NCBI GenBank assembly: GCA_973851085.1
Contig: OZ316776.1
Coordinates: 4,340,001-4,404,000 of the forward strand
Direction of reading: 5' to 3'
Source of the DNA: Ptychomitrium polyphyllum
Lineage: Eukaryota
Length of the DNA: 64,000 nucleotides
A program made the translations under genes and the position numbers. A model generated the notes under the pieces. The model made no database searches. It was not told the origin of the DNA and was given only the letters and a program-made list of their open reading frames with translations. Positions 49,904 to 63,700 of the stretch are shown in pieces. How positions within the stretch are numbered: the stretch's first letter is position 1; every line of letters begins with the position of its first letter.

Positions 49904-51035
49904 CGCGGCAGAACGTCACTCGAATCCGTCTCTCATCAGATCTACTCTTTCATCTTCCTCGTCCTCCTATTGTCGATGCGCCAACAACATCCTCTCAATC
50001 AACGCAATCCACAGGCCAATCTCAGAAATGTCGACTTCCACTCATCAGAAAACTACCGCCAGTTCACGCTCCAAACACGACAACGTCAAACAAACGATCA
50101 AAATTCGCGTTCACGACTCACATTCAAAATCCCTAAACCCAAACACTCAAACCCAGAAAGGAAAACAACCACTCCAATCTCACGCCTCGTCCGCACTGCC
50201 GTCCAACACAATGAGCGCACACAAACCTCTCGCTCTCTCACTTGCTCTGCCCCAAATGTCTTCAAAACACCCAATTCTATACAAAGTTTCCGCATGCAGA
50301 CGCAAAAGACAGACGAGCGACTCTGCGCCAAGATACAACCAGAGTGTCCGAGGCAGCCATTACAGTGGTCAATAATGCGACCTCCCACCTCCTATATAAA
50401 GGATTCTTTTGTATGGGTCAGAGCTAATCTGGCGCGAACAATCCATCACCCCATCATTGAGCACACCATGTGACTCCAACACTTTTGTGACTCGCCGCTA
50501 TTCTCTTTGTGGCGGTCCGTCCCCACCATGTGGCGAGCAGTTGTTGGCCCCGCAACAGAAAAAGTCCTTCACTCGCCCTAACCCTGCTCCTCCTCGTGCT
50601 GGACGAACCTCAAGCACTTGCCTCATCACCATCGCTATCGACGCTGTTGATCTCTGTCATTAGGGACCCAAGTTACTCGCACACTGCAACCAAAGACCAA
50701 CAACGAACGCGATCACAAATGTTGTCAGATAGTACTCCTCATCACCTAGGTGAAACTCCAGTTGCAGACTATTTGCAGACAGGTTGATTGATTGACTAAC
50801 TGTGGGGCGCGGATTAGCGTCAAGTCGATATCTTTAGGGTGTGACCCATCATCCGCGAGGTTTCCTTTCTGATGATCCGCACTAACAGTCAAATTCGCGC
50901 ACGTGATTGCAGCGACGCACTGTTACCGACGCGCCGTCGAGAATTCTGCAAGCCTGGAAGGGGGGCGGGCGGGCGGATCTGGGCGGCGTCTTAAGGTAGG
51001 CGAGTTATCGTCCAAAATGTGACTGGAAATTTTCC

Positions 51036-51152
51036 CTCGACCAATGGTCGAGAAAGAATACTCCGCCCGGTGGTCGGAAAGGGGCGTTCTTTTCCCTCGA
51101 CCAGAGGTCGGAGGTGGCGGTTTTGGGGAGGATGGTGGCCGACTGGCGGTCG
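51036..51152. promoter_or_regulatory. Cluster of four CGACC-N3-GGTCG palindromic motifs upstream of the kinase
   Basis: CGACCAATGGTCG at 51038, CGCCCGGTGGTCG at 51064, CGACCAGAGGTCG at 51098 and CGACTGGCGGTCG at 51140. Confidence 0.4.
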
Positions 51153-51260
51153 GAGGTAACTTTCGCGGTGTTTGGCGAGTGACGCAGTGTGTTTGGCAAA
51201 GCGACTGCGAGAAGCTCATCGTTCGCGCGGCTGGTCATAGTGCCACTCAGTCCACTTACT

Positions 51261-54200
51261 ATGAAGGTGGAGCGCGTTGAGTAAGTGCGTAAGTTGGTGG
51301 TGGTGGTATTCTTTTTCCGTTGCTGGTGCCGTTGCTGGCAGTGAAGCGCTGGCACCGGACTTGCAGCGAGATGGGGTGGAGCGATGTGGAGGATGTGGAC
51401 GCGGCTAAGGGCATCTATGCAGTGTGCGGACAGCTCTGGTCAGGTGAAGTACAGTTTTCCCACTTCGAGCCTGTTTTTGAGTGAGCGGATTTCTTCGCAT
51501 TAGTTTGGTGTACTTTGTTATGGGTTGGATGGAGGGAGAGAGTCGGGGAGCTTATTTGCATGTAGATTCTGTCTTTTTCCAGCTTGTTAGGTAGCATGTG
51601 GACGCTGCTACAGCTTTCAGGGATATTTTAGCTGATGTTTCACGGGTCAGTAGGACGAGAATGTGCAGGATCAGGAGTTGGGTTTTTCCTTTATGGGCCT
51701 CACTTCTAATTCTACGCCTGCAAGAATTTGTGTCCTTTAAGAAGAGAATTGGGGATGGTTCTGTTAGCGATGAACTGAGTATTTACGGGCTTTGAAGGTG
51801 CGCGGTGACATTGTTTGTGCATTGAGGTTCATGTGAAGCTTTTTTTTCGATATCGAAGCCTTAGACTCTAAACCATGATCTGCGCGTCGTGTTTTCGTTG
51901 TGAAAATTTAGGACGTAGCAATCAGCGCGTTTGAGCCGCAAGTGTACCTGTAGTGAGAAAAAATATCATGGGCTTTGAAATTCTCATATCTGCACGCCCC
52001 CTTATTTGGACTCTTAAATGCCTTAACTTCGACCGGTTAGCTTATTTTCTACAGGATTTTCCATGTTACGACGAGCCAGAAACTCTTCTATCCCCCTCTG
52101 TAGCAGAGTACTAGAATCTACTTTATCTGATGTAATGGGAGATCAGGAATTTGGAATTACCCGTTCTCGAATAGTCTTAGAACGCTGGACATGGTTCTAT
52201 ACGTAGCTGTAGCAAATGCGAGCTCACAGACGTTTGAAGTCTTTACATCGATCATATAGTTGTGACAAAAATGCTATGTCTCTTTATTCCTAGGCACTTG
52301 CTGGTTTCCTCTACCTCTCTTTCAATGTATATAGGCATCATTTTGTTAGATGCCAGATTCTCATCGGATGGTGTTGGAGTATATTTTCTTCAACCTGATG
52401 TTAGGCTAATATTCTCGAATCAGATACTGTGTTGGGCTCTTGGTGCGGAATTAGTAAGAGCACATCCTGTCGAGTTCATCAGAGCGTACATTAATATTCA
52501 CTACTTTGTGATCCTCGCCAGTGGTCCGTTTGTGCATGTACCAATAACGTTGTATATCTCAAGAATTTTCATCCTGATCCGAGATTTATAAATGTGTACA
52601 GTGGGTCCCCGCTATAGGCTGCAAGAGCATGTTGGTTCAGGATCATATGGTGATGTATGTCGTGCAGTGGATCGAGAATTCCAGCAGGTTGTTGCTCTCA
52701 AGGTAAGATTCTAATTTCTATGCATATTGATTAAGATGGAATTAAGGTAACTAAGTGAGGCATGGAATTAAGTTAGTGTGATGAGCATATCACAGGAAAA
52801 CACATACCTTTCTACGAGTCTACCGAGCCTCACATATGGATTTGGATTGACCTTCATCTGTATACTGACCTCACTGATCCTTTCATATACAACAGAGGGT
52901 GCCAGATGTATTCTTCTGCCAGATGCTTGCCAAACGTGTGCTCAGGGAAGTGTGCATTATGCGGCGTCTCATCCATCCTTACATAATTTCATGTAAGCCC
53001 TGATACTGAGAAGAACACACATTGTAAATTGAAACTAGTGGACAATTTTGAAATTCTTACTAATTATATTAAAGTACGATATTTCTTACTTTGAGCATGG
53101 TTGTGTTGACGTCCACGTGATATTGACATTGCAGTGACGGATGTCTTCACGTCGAAGAATCTGGAAAAACCCGACTCAACGGATTTGTACATAGCAACTG
53201 AATTTGCCGAACGGTATGGTTTGGTGTTCAGACCTTTTCTCTCTTGCAGTTTTAGGTCTTTTGACTTGCTTCGTATGGATACAGCGGGCTAGACTGGAAT
53301 TGACGGTGGCCTCAAATTGTCCTTCTTGAGTTGAATTCGACCTATGGGTATTTTAACGCGTTCTAAGTGTATGGAAATGCGTGGATTGTGAACATTTTCA
53401 GTGGGGATTTTTATCATCAGTCGGAGCCTATGACAGCAGAGACTGTTCGGACTCTCATCTGGCAGTTGCTCGTATCAGTGAACTATATGCATTCCTGCCA
53501 TGTTTGGCATAGGCAAGTGATTGTTTTAACCTGTCTAATACATCGGTCCAGAAAGTACACAATGTTATTTACTGAAATCACGTCAATCTTAGATGTATCC
53601 TGGGTTTTGATAAGGTAAAGTTCCCATCCATGAAACGTGGACATGTTTTCCTGTGGCAGGGATATTAAGTCCGAAAACGTTCTCCTCATGGGGAACTTGC
53701 AAGCCAAGTTGTGTGATTTTGGGCTTTCGCGATCAGCTTTTGAGGTTCGTGGATCTGTAAGCTCTTTTCAGAACACGTGAGATGTCTCGTTTGGATTCAT
53801 TTGTCAAGAAGTTGTATATCGAAAGCATTTCCAGGTTTAGTGTGTTCCGGTTTTCTATTGCTGTAACTGTTTGAATATGATATGAGTGAGGAAGTTATAT
53901 GTATAGTTTCTGAGTTGATCCAGACCTCAAATTACATGGATGCAAAACCGACCACTGGGCGCAAGAAGAAACCGGTGCTTACCAGACAATACACGAAGAC
54001 AGTGAGTGCATGACTTAGTACACAAACTCAATAATGGCTTAAGCTATTCATGTGGAGAGGATGAAGTATTGCTCTTTTGACGATCAATTGATTTCACCAG
54101 TCTGGCATTCAACCGATTTCCTGAAATTGATCCAAAAAATGATTTAATGGTCATACTTGCCTGCTTACAGAAAGATCACTCTTTTTAACATTTATGATCT

Positions 54201-57200
54201 GGATCGTAATTCAACTCAACAGGTTTTGAATTCAGGTTGCATTTGTAGATTGGTGGAATATTAGAACGGCAGTTGACATGGTTACTTTCTTCCTGGTTAC
54301 ATAAACTTACAAACTATTTCGGTACTCCTTTTTGTCAGGTTGTTACTCCAAGTCACCGTGCACCTGAGGTAGTCATGTCGCAAGGCCAGTACACGTCTGC
54401 TATTGATGTGTAAGTTCGAACTTGGTCTTTCGGATGGGTCTCTTGACCATTCGAAGTCATCTTGTATTTTGTATTTGCTAGATTTGCTTGTAGAATTTGT
54501 CGTGCCCTGCAATATCAGGTAATATTCAGTTAGGGCTTATATTATCATTTCTTAGTGACAATCATTCTCGACAGCCACCACGTTTTTGGTCTATTCATAG
54601 ATCCTTATGATTTTTTGAGGATCTATTGACGTCGTTGCATATCAAAATTACACTGGTCCAAGTTTCAATTTCCAAACGCATGCATGTAACTAGTCACAAA
54701 CGTGTTTTGTACTTTTCTGATTGGTTTGCCGCAGGTGGTCGGTTGGTTGCATCTTTTGGGTAAGGTCGTCAGAACTAACTGAGCTGCTCAATTTAGCGCA
54801 ATTCTCAAGGTTGAGATGGGGGTTCTTGGATCGTCATTATACGTCGTGGAGGCTGCCTAGCTGTATTGGAATGTGAAGAGTTTGAAATAAACCTGGATAT
54901 TATATCTTGCTAGAAGAAACGGTTTTCAATGCTTGTCCGTTTGTAGAACTTGGCGAGACTTTGGCTTGATTTTCTTGTGAACTTATGAACTTCTAGATCT
55001 TTTCCATAACGATATTTATCATCACTTCGCCTTCTAGTTGCCTATTTTCACTTGGTCTATTGAACTACTAAGATGCTTAAGGCGTTTGCATGTGATTCAG
55101 GAGCTCCTTATGCGACACAGTCATCCTAGTCTCCGTGGTCTTTTAACCAAGCCTCTTTTTGGTGTGCGGTATGATCTCGGTCCTATTCTCTTGAGTTGAT
55201 TGTTTTAGGTGGAGGAGGTTTTAGAACTTTTATGATGGTGATCATGCCCAGCCACCGATTACAGTGTGCGGCTTAGTAAAATTCTGCCTTTCCTTAGGAC
55301 AAAATAGCAAAGTTAAACACAAGGAATGGTTTTGATTTAATCCTTTTAAGCCATTGAAGAAATAACAGCTTTTTCGTAAGATGTATTTGTGCGGTCTTTT
55401 CATTTTTTTCAGCTGTATGTTTCGTTTCATTTTACTCGATTCTATTCCTTGACCTGCTCCCGCAGTGGTGAGCCAACCACGCCCTTAAGGGGTGAATCTT
55501 ATAACAGCGATATAACTTCCGAGCTACATGATCAGGTACCACCACCGAAGTTACCAGTGTTATTGTGCATTTACTTTCTTCTGTTGAAGTAGATGCCCCT
55601 TGATGTCGATGTCGAGGTAATTGAGTTATTCGCCTGCTTAGAGCTCTGGTTCAGAGAACCACAGGTTCCTGATACCCATTCGTGACCACGTGCTTAGCTT
55701 ATACTAAGTGATGATAAAAGAGGAGAACTTATTCAGTGCTTACACCTGGTGTTACAGTTGGATGTGATTTTCAACGTAATTGGCACACCTTGCTGGAAAG
55801 ACATCGAGAGTGTCCCTGGCGAACATTGGCGAGCATACCTGAAGAAGGCTCCAGGAAGGGTGAGGCCTCAAAATCCAGTCTGCTTTATGTTTATTGGGAC
55901 AGCTTTTCTTGTCTCTTTGGGCTTAATCTTTCGAAAAGATTTGTCTACAGTTCCGTTTATTGAGCCACACGTTCCTCTCGATTGTCAGGTCCCTGTGAAG
56001 TCTTTGTTGAAGCTTAGAAACAACTCAAATTTTTTAACTGGTCAAGATTTAAATCAGCAATTTTAGATATTCATAGTACTTCGATGTATACCCGTGACCT
56101 CTTTTAGTACTTAATTTATTTGATTTGTAACTTTTAATTCGTTGTACAAAGTAAATAGCCTTGTAATTGCCCATGTTTTTAGGCAGGAAACATTGTGAAA
56201 CAATTATCAGGCTTAGTTGATGACAATGCACTGGACCTTCTGCAACGGATGTTGGCATTTGCTCCGCAACGACGCTGTACTGCAGATGAGGCGCTCTTCC
56301 ACACTTACGTGAGTAATCTCAATTTTGAGCCCTAATCACCTCGACAGTGCCCAGGAGGCCATTTGTTATATCCTCTTTTGTCACTGCAAATAGCATCTGG
56401 CAAAGAGCTAGATCTACAAATCTTGCTTCAATGCTGTGATCTTACAGAGTAAGTTTTTTATACAACTTTGCATAACTTAATCATGTGAACTGTTGCAGTT
56501 CAAGGGTATGAACAAAGCGCCAGAAGTATGGCCAATCCCTGCGGTGGGAAGGTCAACCTCTTCTCTGCCTGACCATCCAATCTGGAAGATTACCGAGCCT
56601 GCTGTTGCCCTTGGCCTACTTGAGGTATTTTTTTGCTTGTCTGTTGGACACCCAGGTCAAGGAGCGCACACGTACTCCTTGGCAGGATCGATAAAGTTGC
56701 GTGTTATCTCTGCAGAGGGAGCTGGAAATGTCAGAAAATCACGAAGATGGCGGCAAAATGAAGCTGGAGGAATTGCTTCAATGTGAAGTGGAGCAGCAGC
56801 AGATGCAGACCAATACACGGCGAGCTACTCTTCGCAGTCTTGCCACTGAGGGAATGTTTGATCGCGCAGCTTTGCCTATCCCTGTTCTTGTGAAGGTATT
56901 ACCAGCTTGTTCATGTGTTCTTGTGCTAAAGAAACTAAGCACATGGTACTTCAGAGATTCCGAGGAAATAGAACGAAAAAAGGAAGACTTAATTCACTGG
57001 TTATCATATTTCAGGAGATCAAGTGAGTTAGTTTACATCTGATAGCAATTTGTTCATACATGCTACTATGTTATATTACTAAGATACTCTTTTGACCTCA
57101 GCTCTAACTGCCACTTGCATTGACTTTAGTGAAGACTTTGTAATATTAAATCACTTCGAAATTTTAATTGTCTACAATCCTCATACGTTTTGATCCTATG

Positions 57201-57501
57201 ACAGGACCCACCACGTGAAATGCAACTCTTTCCATGCGCAACATCCCGTGCAAATGACAATTCCACTGAATCACCGAGGAACCAATCAGAACCATGGGCT
57301 GCGGACGAGCGTCGGTGTCAACCGACATACAAAAGCGAGGACGAGTTAGGGAGGGGGTCAAATGATTCCCAGCTATCGCATGAACTCGGTCGGCCCACTG
57401 GAATTGCATCTGGTCTAGATGGTGCTCCTCTCCCAGAGCACAACCCTCCCTTAAAGCGACCAAGGAAAATGCTGATACGGTATGACGCATCACACTCGTA
57501 G
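51261..57501 (+). CDS. CMGC-group, MAP kinase-like Ser/Thr kinase with an atypical activation loop, many exons
   Basis: VGSGSYGDVCRAVD...VALK|RVPDVF...AKRVLREVCIMRRLIHPYIISLTDVF...DLYIATEF, HRDIKSENVLL, KLCDFGLSR, LTRQYTKT|VVTPSHRAPE, YTSAIDVWSVGCIFWE, DQLDVIFNVIGTP and ALDLLQRMLAFAPQRRCTADEALFHTY. Start is either ATG 51261 (in frame via a short exon) or ATG 51371. Confidence 0.9.
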
Positions 57502-57777
57502 TACTCCACTACCCGTTCATGATTTCCATCAAACTTGCACCATTCAAGTATTTAAGCAAACCATAAAATCAACCTCAACCGAATCTCCCATGTCTTGAAA
57601 TTAACAAGTACCCTGACCGAAGTGCAGGCAAGGCTCCCTTTCAATAGAGCTGATTAGACCCGACATACAAGACGACTTCCCTGCACAAGAGCCTATGGCT
57701 GGTGACACCAAAGTCTCCATATGAGGATCAACAGCTCGAAAAGGCAAAGCATAGAACTACTAACGCCCATCTCTCCC

Positions 57778-60700
57778 GTCAGCATCGTCCACGGAAACAT
57801 CATTTGTACAGAATAATGTACTGCATCATCTCCATTGTTTGATTGGACTTGGATCAATTACTGTTTTCCTGGAGAGGTCTCTTCCCTCCTTTGCATCGGA
57901 TGCAAGCAAAGGTAACTTTGCTGCAGCCGTCCTCATGAGCATTTGCTGGTTCAATAAAGCGAGCACTATTCTTGACGTCGCGTCGTCGACACATCTTGCT
58001 GTATTTGATGGGGACATTTGATCACCCACACAAACGCATTGACGTTCAGCTTCCGCAGCTCCTCTTGCCCTCGCAACGCCACAAACACACAGGGTCTCAG
58101 GCAACCAGAGAATCCCCCCGTCGTCGGGCTGCATCCCCTGTCGCTCACGGAACTGGATCCCCAGCGATCAGCGACCCCTGGGACGACGGGAATGGTCGGC
58201 ACAGTCCTAGTATGGGCCCCGCGGATGTGGCAATCGTGGGTGCAGAACCAAGTAGTGAGCGCTGAGAACCAAGAGAGAATGGCAGAGACGAGACGAAACG
58301 AGACGCGAGAGCAGAGAAAAGCAGAGCGACGTCGGGTTTCTCCGAAGTCGAACTTGTGGCTGCGACCTCGAACTCACGCTGCACGCTTGGCAAGCGAGCG
58401 AAACGCCATGGTATCCCACAGAACGGCAAGTGCTCGTCGTGGCTGCGTCCATTGCACGGCACCAGAGTGGCAATCCGCATCGCGCGATGGCGAATGCCCT
58501 CCGAAAGCCTCCCAACTGCCTCAGCCGCAGTCAGCGTCAGAGTCCGCGTCTCCGCGTCTGCGTCTGCGTGGGTGTCGGGGACAGTGTTGCGACAGCCTTC
58601 ATGCCCTTCGCAGCCGAGTTGCTCGGCACGGTGATCGCTCATGGGCGAGTAGTCTCGGCTGCGATTCCGGCCGATGCTTTGGCCGAAGAGCCGAAGCTTC
58701 CGTATCGACGGGGTTCCCGATCGCGAAGCAGCGGAGCACTGAGTGTGATTCTCGGTCTGCTTCGGCGGCCATGGCGTAGGCTGCTGTGGCATCTGGTGCC
58801 GGAACGTTGCGGGCCAAGAAGATACCGGCGATTGTGTGCGCTTACGCTTGCGTGTGGTCTGCGCGAGGTCTGGTCTCTAGTCGCGCGGGGAGCGGCTTTC
58901 GGGGAGGGGATGGAGGGGGGAGGGAGGGGGAAGCCTGCAAGTGGTGAGTTGGCACAAGTGGTTTCGGCGACCCGATGAGCGAATTTTGCACGCGCGGCTG
59001 AGTGCTGTCGAGGAGCGGAGCGAGGCGGGCAGCGGGCGCCGCGGTTCGGGCTGTGGACGAGGCCGGAGTTGTTGGTGGGTGTGATCGTCGATCGAGGCAG
59101 CATCAACTTCGAGGCAGGATGCAGGCGCCGCACCCAAGCGCGATTTCGTACGGCCTTAAGCATCAGGTGAAGTGGGGAACTGGGTTGTGCCGGACAAGAT
59201 GGTCCCATGGATCTACAGCGCCTGCGGAAACGGAGAGCCTGGTTGGGCTCGAGTTGTCGCAACCGCGGAAACCTGTCATCCGCCGGGATCGTGTGACTGG
59301 GAGTGCGCGCACGCGTCCGGCGATCGTGCGGAACGCCGTTCCGCGCACCCAAACAACGCGCATCGCAGCCACGAGTGCTCCAGACGTGGAGTTATAGCTC
59401 TTGGCCCTGCTGTCGAGCCGGTGTCGATGTTGAAATGGATGCATTGATTCCTTCCCGACAGTGTGATCCGCGGTGGTCAGCCGAGAGGTGTAGGTGATCG
59501 CGTAGTGTCGCCGCCAACGATCCTCAACCAGTCCTGGATCGGTGCGGCGCGGGTTTCGAAGTCTCTGCGATTTTCGAGCGAAATGTTCACGTACTGACAA
59601 ATGCGACTGCGTCCGCGTCCTTTTGCATTTGGGGTTTCGATGGCCGTGGCTTCTGAGGCGCGTGTGGTGTTGCTTCTGTTCAGGCAAGGTGCATCTCGGC
59701 GCAAACGGCGGACACGGAGAGCAACCGGTGGCTGGTTGGCACCCTGAGCTTACGGTACGAGAATGAGGTCAGTCTCCTTGCCACTCGGCTGCAGAGATTA
59801 ATGCTTAGCTCGTCGATGGTGATGCTGGAGGGAACGAAGGGCCGCAGATCGCGGTGGGTCGAGTGTCACAGCCGGTCCCATTCGCGCATTTCGCATTGGT
59901 CGATTTAGGTGCATCTCATGACGAGCCATCTGAGGTGCAGCTCTGTGGGAACCACGCAGGTTCATGTGCTGGAGCTGGGAGAAAACTCGTCCGCGTTGGT
60001 CCGTCGAGGATTGTACACACACCGTGATGAGATGTGGGACCTCGCAGCCTGCCCGTTCGACAAGTCACTCTTCACGACGGTTTACTCCTCAGGTAACATC
60101 ACTGGGGCGAGCCATCAGAATGAGCAGCGGCCTGCGCTGCGCTCCTCTGGCGTTCGCTCCGACACCCCATGTGATCCACCCTTGAATTTGGCCTGCCTTC
60201 TTGGGACTCCGCAGCTGTGTTGACCGTACAGCGGGCACACAAGATGGTATCGCTGCTGAAGAGTCGAGGACTGTGATTGCTCATGTTTGTCGGTGAAAAG
60301 CTTAATGTTGCTGGCTCGTGAGGATGGCCCTAACCGCCCGAGCCTGACCGGGAAGGGGAGGGCCAGGGATGTGTGATGAGCGGGTACCGAGAAATTGGTC
60401 GCCTTTCGGGTCCTGGGTGGCGGATTTGCGAGTTACGAGGTCAGAGCACACGCACCGCACTGGCTTGATGATGGTTGCGTGGTTTTCTGTGTCATGGCAG
60501 TCGGGGAAACAGGAACAGCTGTGTGGAAGATACCTGAATCTCGAGGAAATAGAGGTGCTGCTTTGCCAGTGGAGATGGCCGCCTCCTTGCCAGGTGTAGC
60601 GCAGCACTGGAAGTGGTATGTGGTGATCTGACTACAGAAAGTCGTGAGAGGTGCGAGCTGCTATGAAAACGCGGATTTAGGTCTCTTTAGTGTGCTGTGA

Positions 60701-63700
60701 AAGGAAATCCGATTCTTTCGGGCAACCGTGTGAAGGTCCGTGAGCTCCAGGCCGGGCTCACAGATTGGTTCGCTCAGCTACCGGTTCTTCTGAGAGTAAG
60801 GCTTCTCCATCACGTTCGGTCAATAATTGCTCCCACCCACGTTCGGTGCGTTCAATTTCATCATGGTTAGAAAGCATGGACGATGAACTACCCATCTGCT
60901 GAGAGCTGCCGCTGGTAGTGTATCTCAGCGACGAGGTAACCAGCGAGTGGCCAGGGCAGTGCTGTACGAAGTAGCGGGGGTTGCAACGAGAGCCGGAGCG
61001 CGATGTCTCACCTGCTAAGTCCTGCGTACCTGTGGCTTGACTGCAGTACACTCTGGTGGCCATCCGGTCGTCATCCACAAGTCGCAAGCATAGGAACGGA
61101 GAAGATCGTGGTTTGGAACGTCGACTCTCCACGGAACACGTCACAGGTCCGTATTCCCCCTAAACCTGCGTCACAAGTGGCTGAGATTCGAGCGCCTCAG
61201 AGCAGTGCAACATTTGGCGTATTTTTTCCTCGTTGAGTGCTTTGCTTCGCCTCATGTGTGCCTCGCTTCCCTTTTCTTTGTCTTGGACGGACGGTTCTGT
61301 ACGGGCACGAATGTCGTGCGCGTGTGGCCGTTGCTGTTGGTGTTGTGAAGATCGACCGTTTTGCGATGAATGTTGAAGCAGGGTATGCAGCAGATCTGAC
61401 GGTTTCCCTTTCCATCCTACCCTGCAGGCGTCAGCCGGGGAACGCAATCGCTTGGAGGTGGGGGCCTGGGATCCCCACGACGTGAACAGCATAGCAACGG
61501 CCTCCGAGGGATCGATCCACTGCTGGGACCTGCGGTCTATGAGGTAATTCTTCGCCTCCTGCTCGTGGGACGAGGTGGGTGGGTGCATGCCAAGGACCAC
61601 CAGATTCGCAAGCAAGGTACTCCTGAACTGGCGTGAAGTGAGGAGTGGACCAGGGGTACTCGTTGTGCTAGGGCCAGCCATGGGATGCAGGTTCGAAGCA
61701 CGGAACAGAGGGGTTAGGTTCCCATACCACACTCCAGAATCCGCAAGCTGTGGATGTAGTGGCAATACCGCGGGGCAGTCTGGTATCCGTTCTGGATGCA
61801 GAAGCGTGACGGGGTCCCTCCTTACGCACTGACATGCGACTGTTGGTTTGGTTTGGGTCTGCAGTTCCTCGGCTGTAATCGATCAGGCGCATGCTCTTCA
61901 GACTCGCCACATCGATTTCAACCCTCAGAAGAAGTACACCATTGTACGGTCCACGTTCTCCCCACGCCCCTTGTACGATCAGGGTCGTTTTTCTCGATTT
62001 GTGACTCTAGTAGCGAACAGTGTAGGCGTAGAGGCTATTGCTACGAAGTTTTGGCTTCTGAAAGATTTGGCATTAAGGTGGAGCAGGCAACCGCAGGGGA
62101 TGACTCCTGGATCCGTGTCTGGGATCTGAGGAAGCCGAGCGGTCCTCTGGACAATCTGCACGGACACCACCACTGGTAAGGGGGCATCTGAACCTCTTGG
62201 CTTGAAGGCCAGCCTGGGTGTGACTACACGATTCCTTTCGGTGTCGCGTCCGCGGAGAGGAGTGCTGTAGTACAGTCGTGTTTTGTGCTTCTCCGTGCGT
62301 GTGATATGGTGGACTTACACATTTCAAGGCAGCTAAGAGCACGTAGTGTAGACACGCGTGGCCTGCTCCTCATGCAGACTTTGCAGCGAGAAGAACTCGT
62401 CGGTGGAGGACACTGCATGGAGAGCGAGTCCTCACGCGTTCACCTCTGGCATTTGTTGCAGGGCAGTAAGAGTCAAATACAATCCGAAGTTCGAGGAGCT
62501 GATTCTGGTACTAGCTGGCCTCCACATGTACTTGGAATTCGTGCAGTGTGCTGGGTCCGTTTAGATGTCGGGTAGTGTCGTCGTGGACTCCACGTTTCGC
62601 ATATTATGAGTCTGGTCATTTGTATCTGCGCATGATTGGCCCTGTGCGTCCTTTGGGCAGAGCTCAGGAACAGATGCAGTAGTGAATCTGTGGCGCATTG
62701 CCGATGCATCGCTACCGAAGAGGTATATACTTCAGAGTCCGCTCCCTTTCCTCTGGTTTCGTCACGTCGCACCCATAAACATGTGAATGGAATCTGACAG
62801 ACTCTGGTCGTCTGTGAACCTTGCAGTCCTTCTGGATTACCGAGAGGCTCTGTGGACTCTCTGTTGCGCTCCTACACCGAGCACGAAGACAGTGTCTACG
62901 GTACGCTCGTCTTGTGAATTTCGATATGCGGTGTAACGGACGGACCCCGAGGTTGCTTATGATCCGGGCGGCCAGTCGAGGCGGAGATGTGCAAGAAAGT
63001 AGTGCCAGTCCGCCCGAACATGGGCCACGGCACTGAAAGCAACTTTAGCTGGACTGCTATAGGTCGTCAATGACAGTAGCTTCTCTGAAGCAAAGTTCAT
63101 CGTCTGAAGTAGCGGAGGTTTGGTGGTTGTGAGTGGCAGGGATTGCATGGAGCGCACTAGATCCGTGGGTCTTCGGAAGCGTGGACTACGATGGAAGAGT
63201 AAGCATGCTCCCAAACAACTTCGATACTGGCTCAAGTGACCCATCCCCCTTGCATCGTCCCATCGAGGTAACAGATGCGGAGTGAAAGCGCTGGGCTGCT
63301 GATGGCCTCGAACATAAACCCGGCCGACTCGTACTTGTTTCGATTCAGTTCTCGGGCGACGGTTTGGACGCGATCGTGTGAAACCTCGGTGACATTCGGA
63401 ACTGATGTGCAGGTGATGGTGGAGTCAGTTCCCACGTCGACTCGCAAGAAACTCAAGGGCAAGGTCTAGTGCTGAACAACTCAGCGCTCATTCGGGCGAT
63501 TTCTCTGTGGTCGATCGTAAATCCTGTCAGACCGGCTGGAGACATGCCTCTGGACTGCATGATGAGGTACACACTGGATATGATGTAGCTGACGTACCCA
63601 GCCGTTCGAAGGGCGAAGCGGTTGGTATCACTCTTCTTGGCGGTTTTCGAGCATACTGGGCTTTCCTCGAGTTTGAGTTGTGGACGTCACCGGCCCCTGT

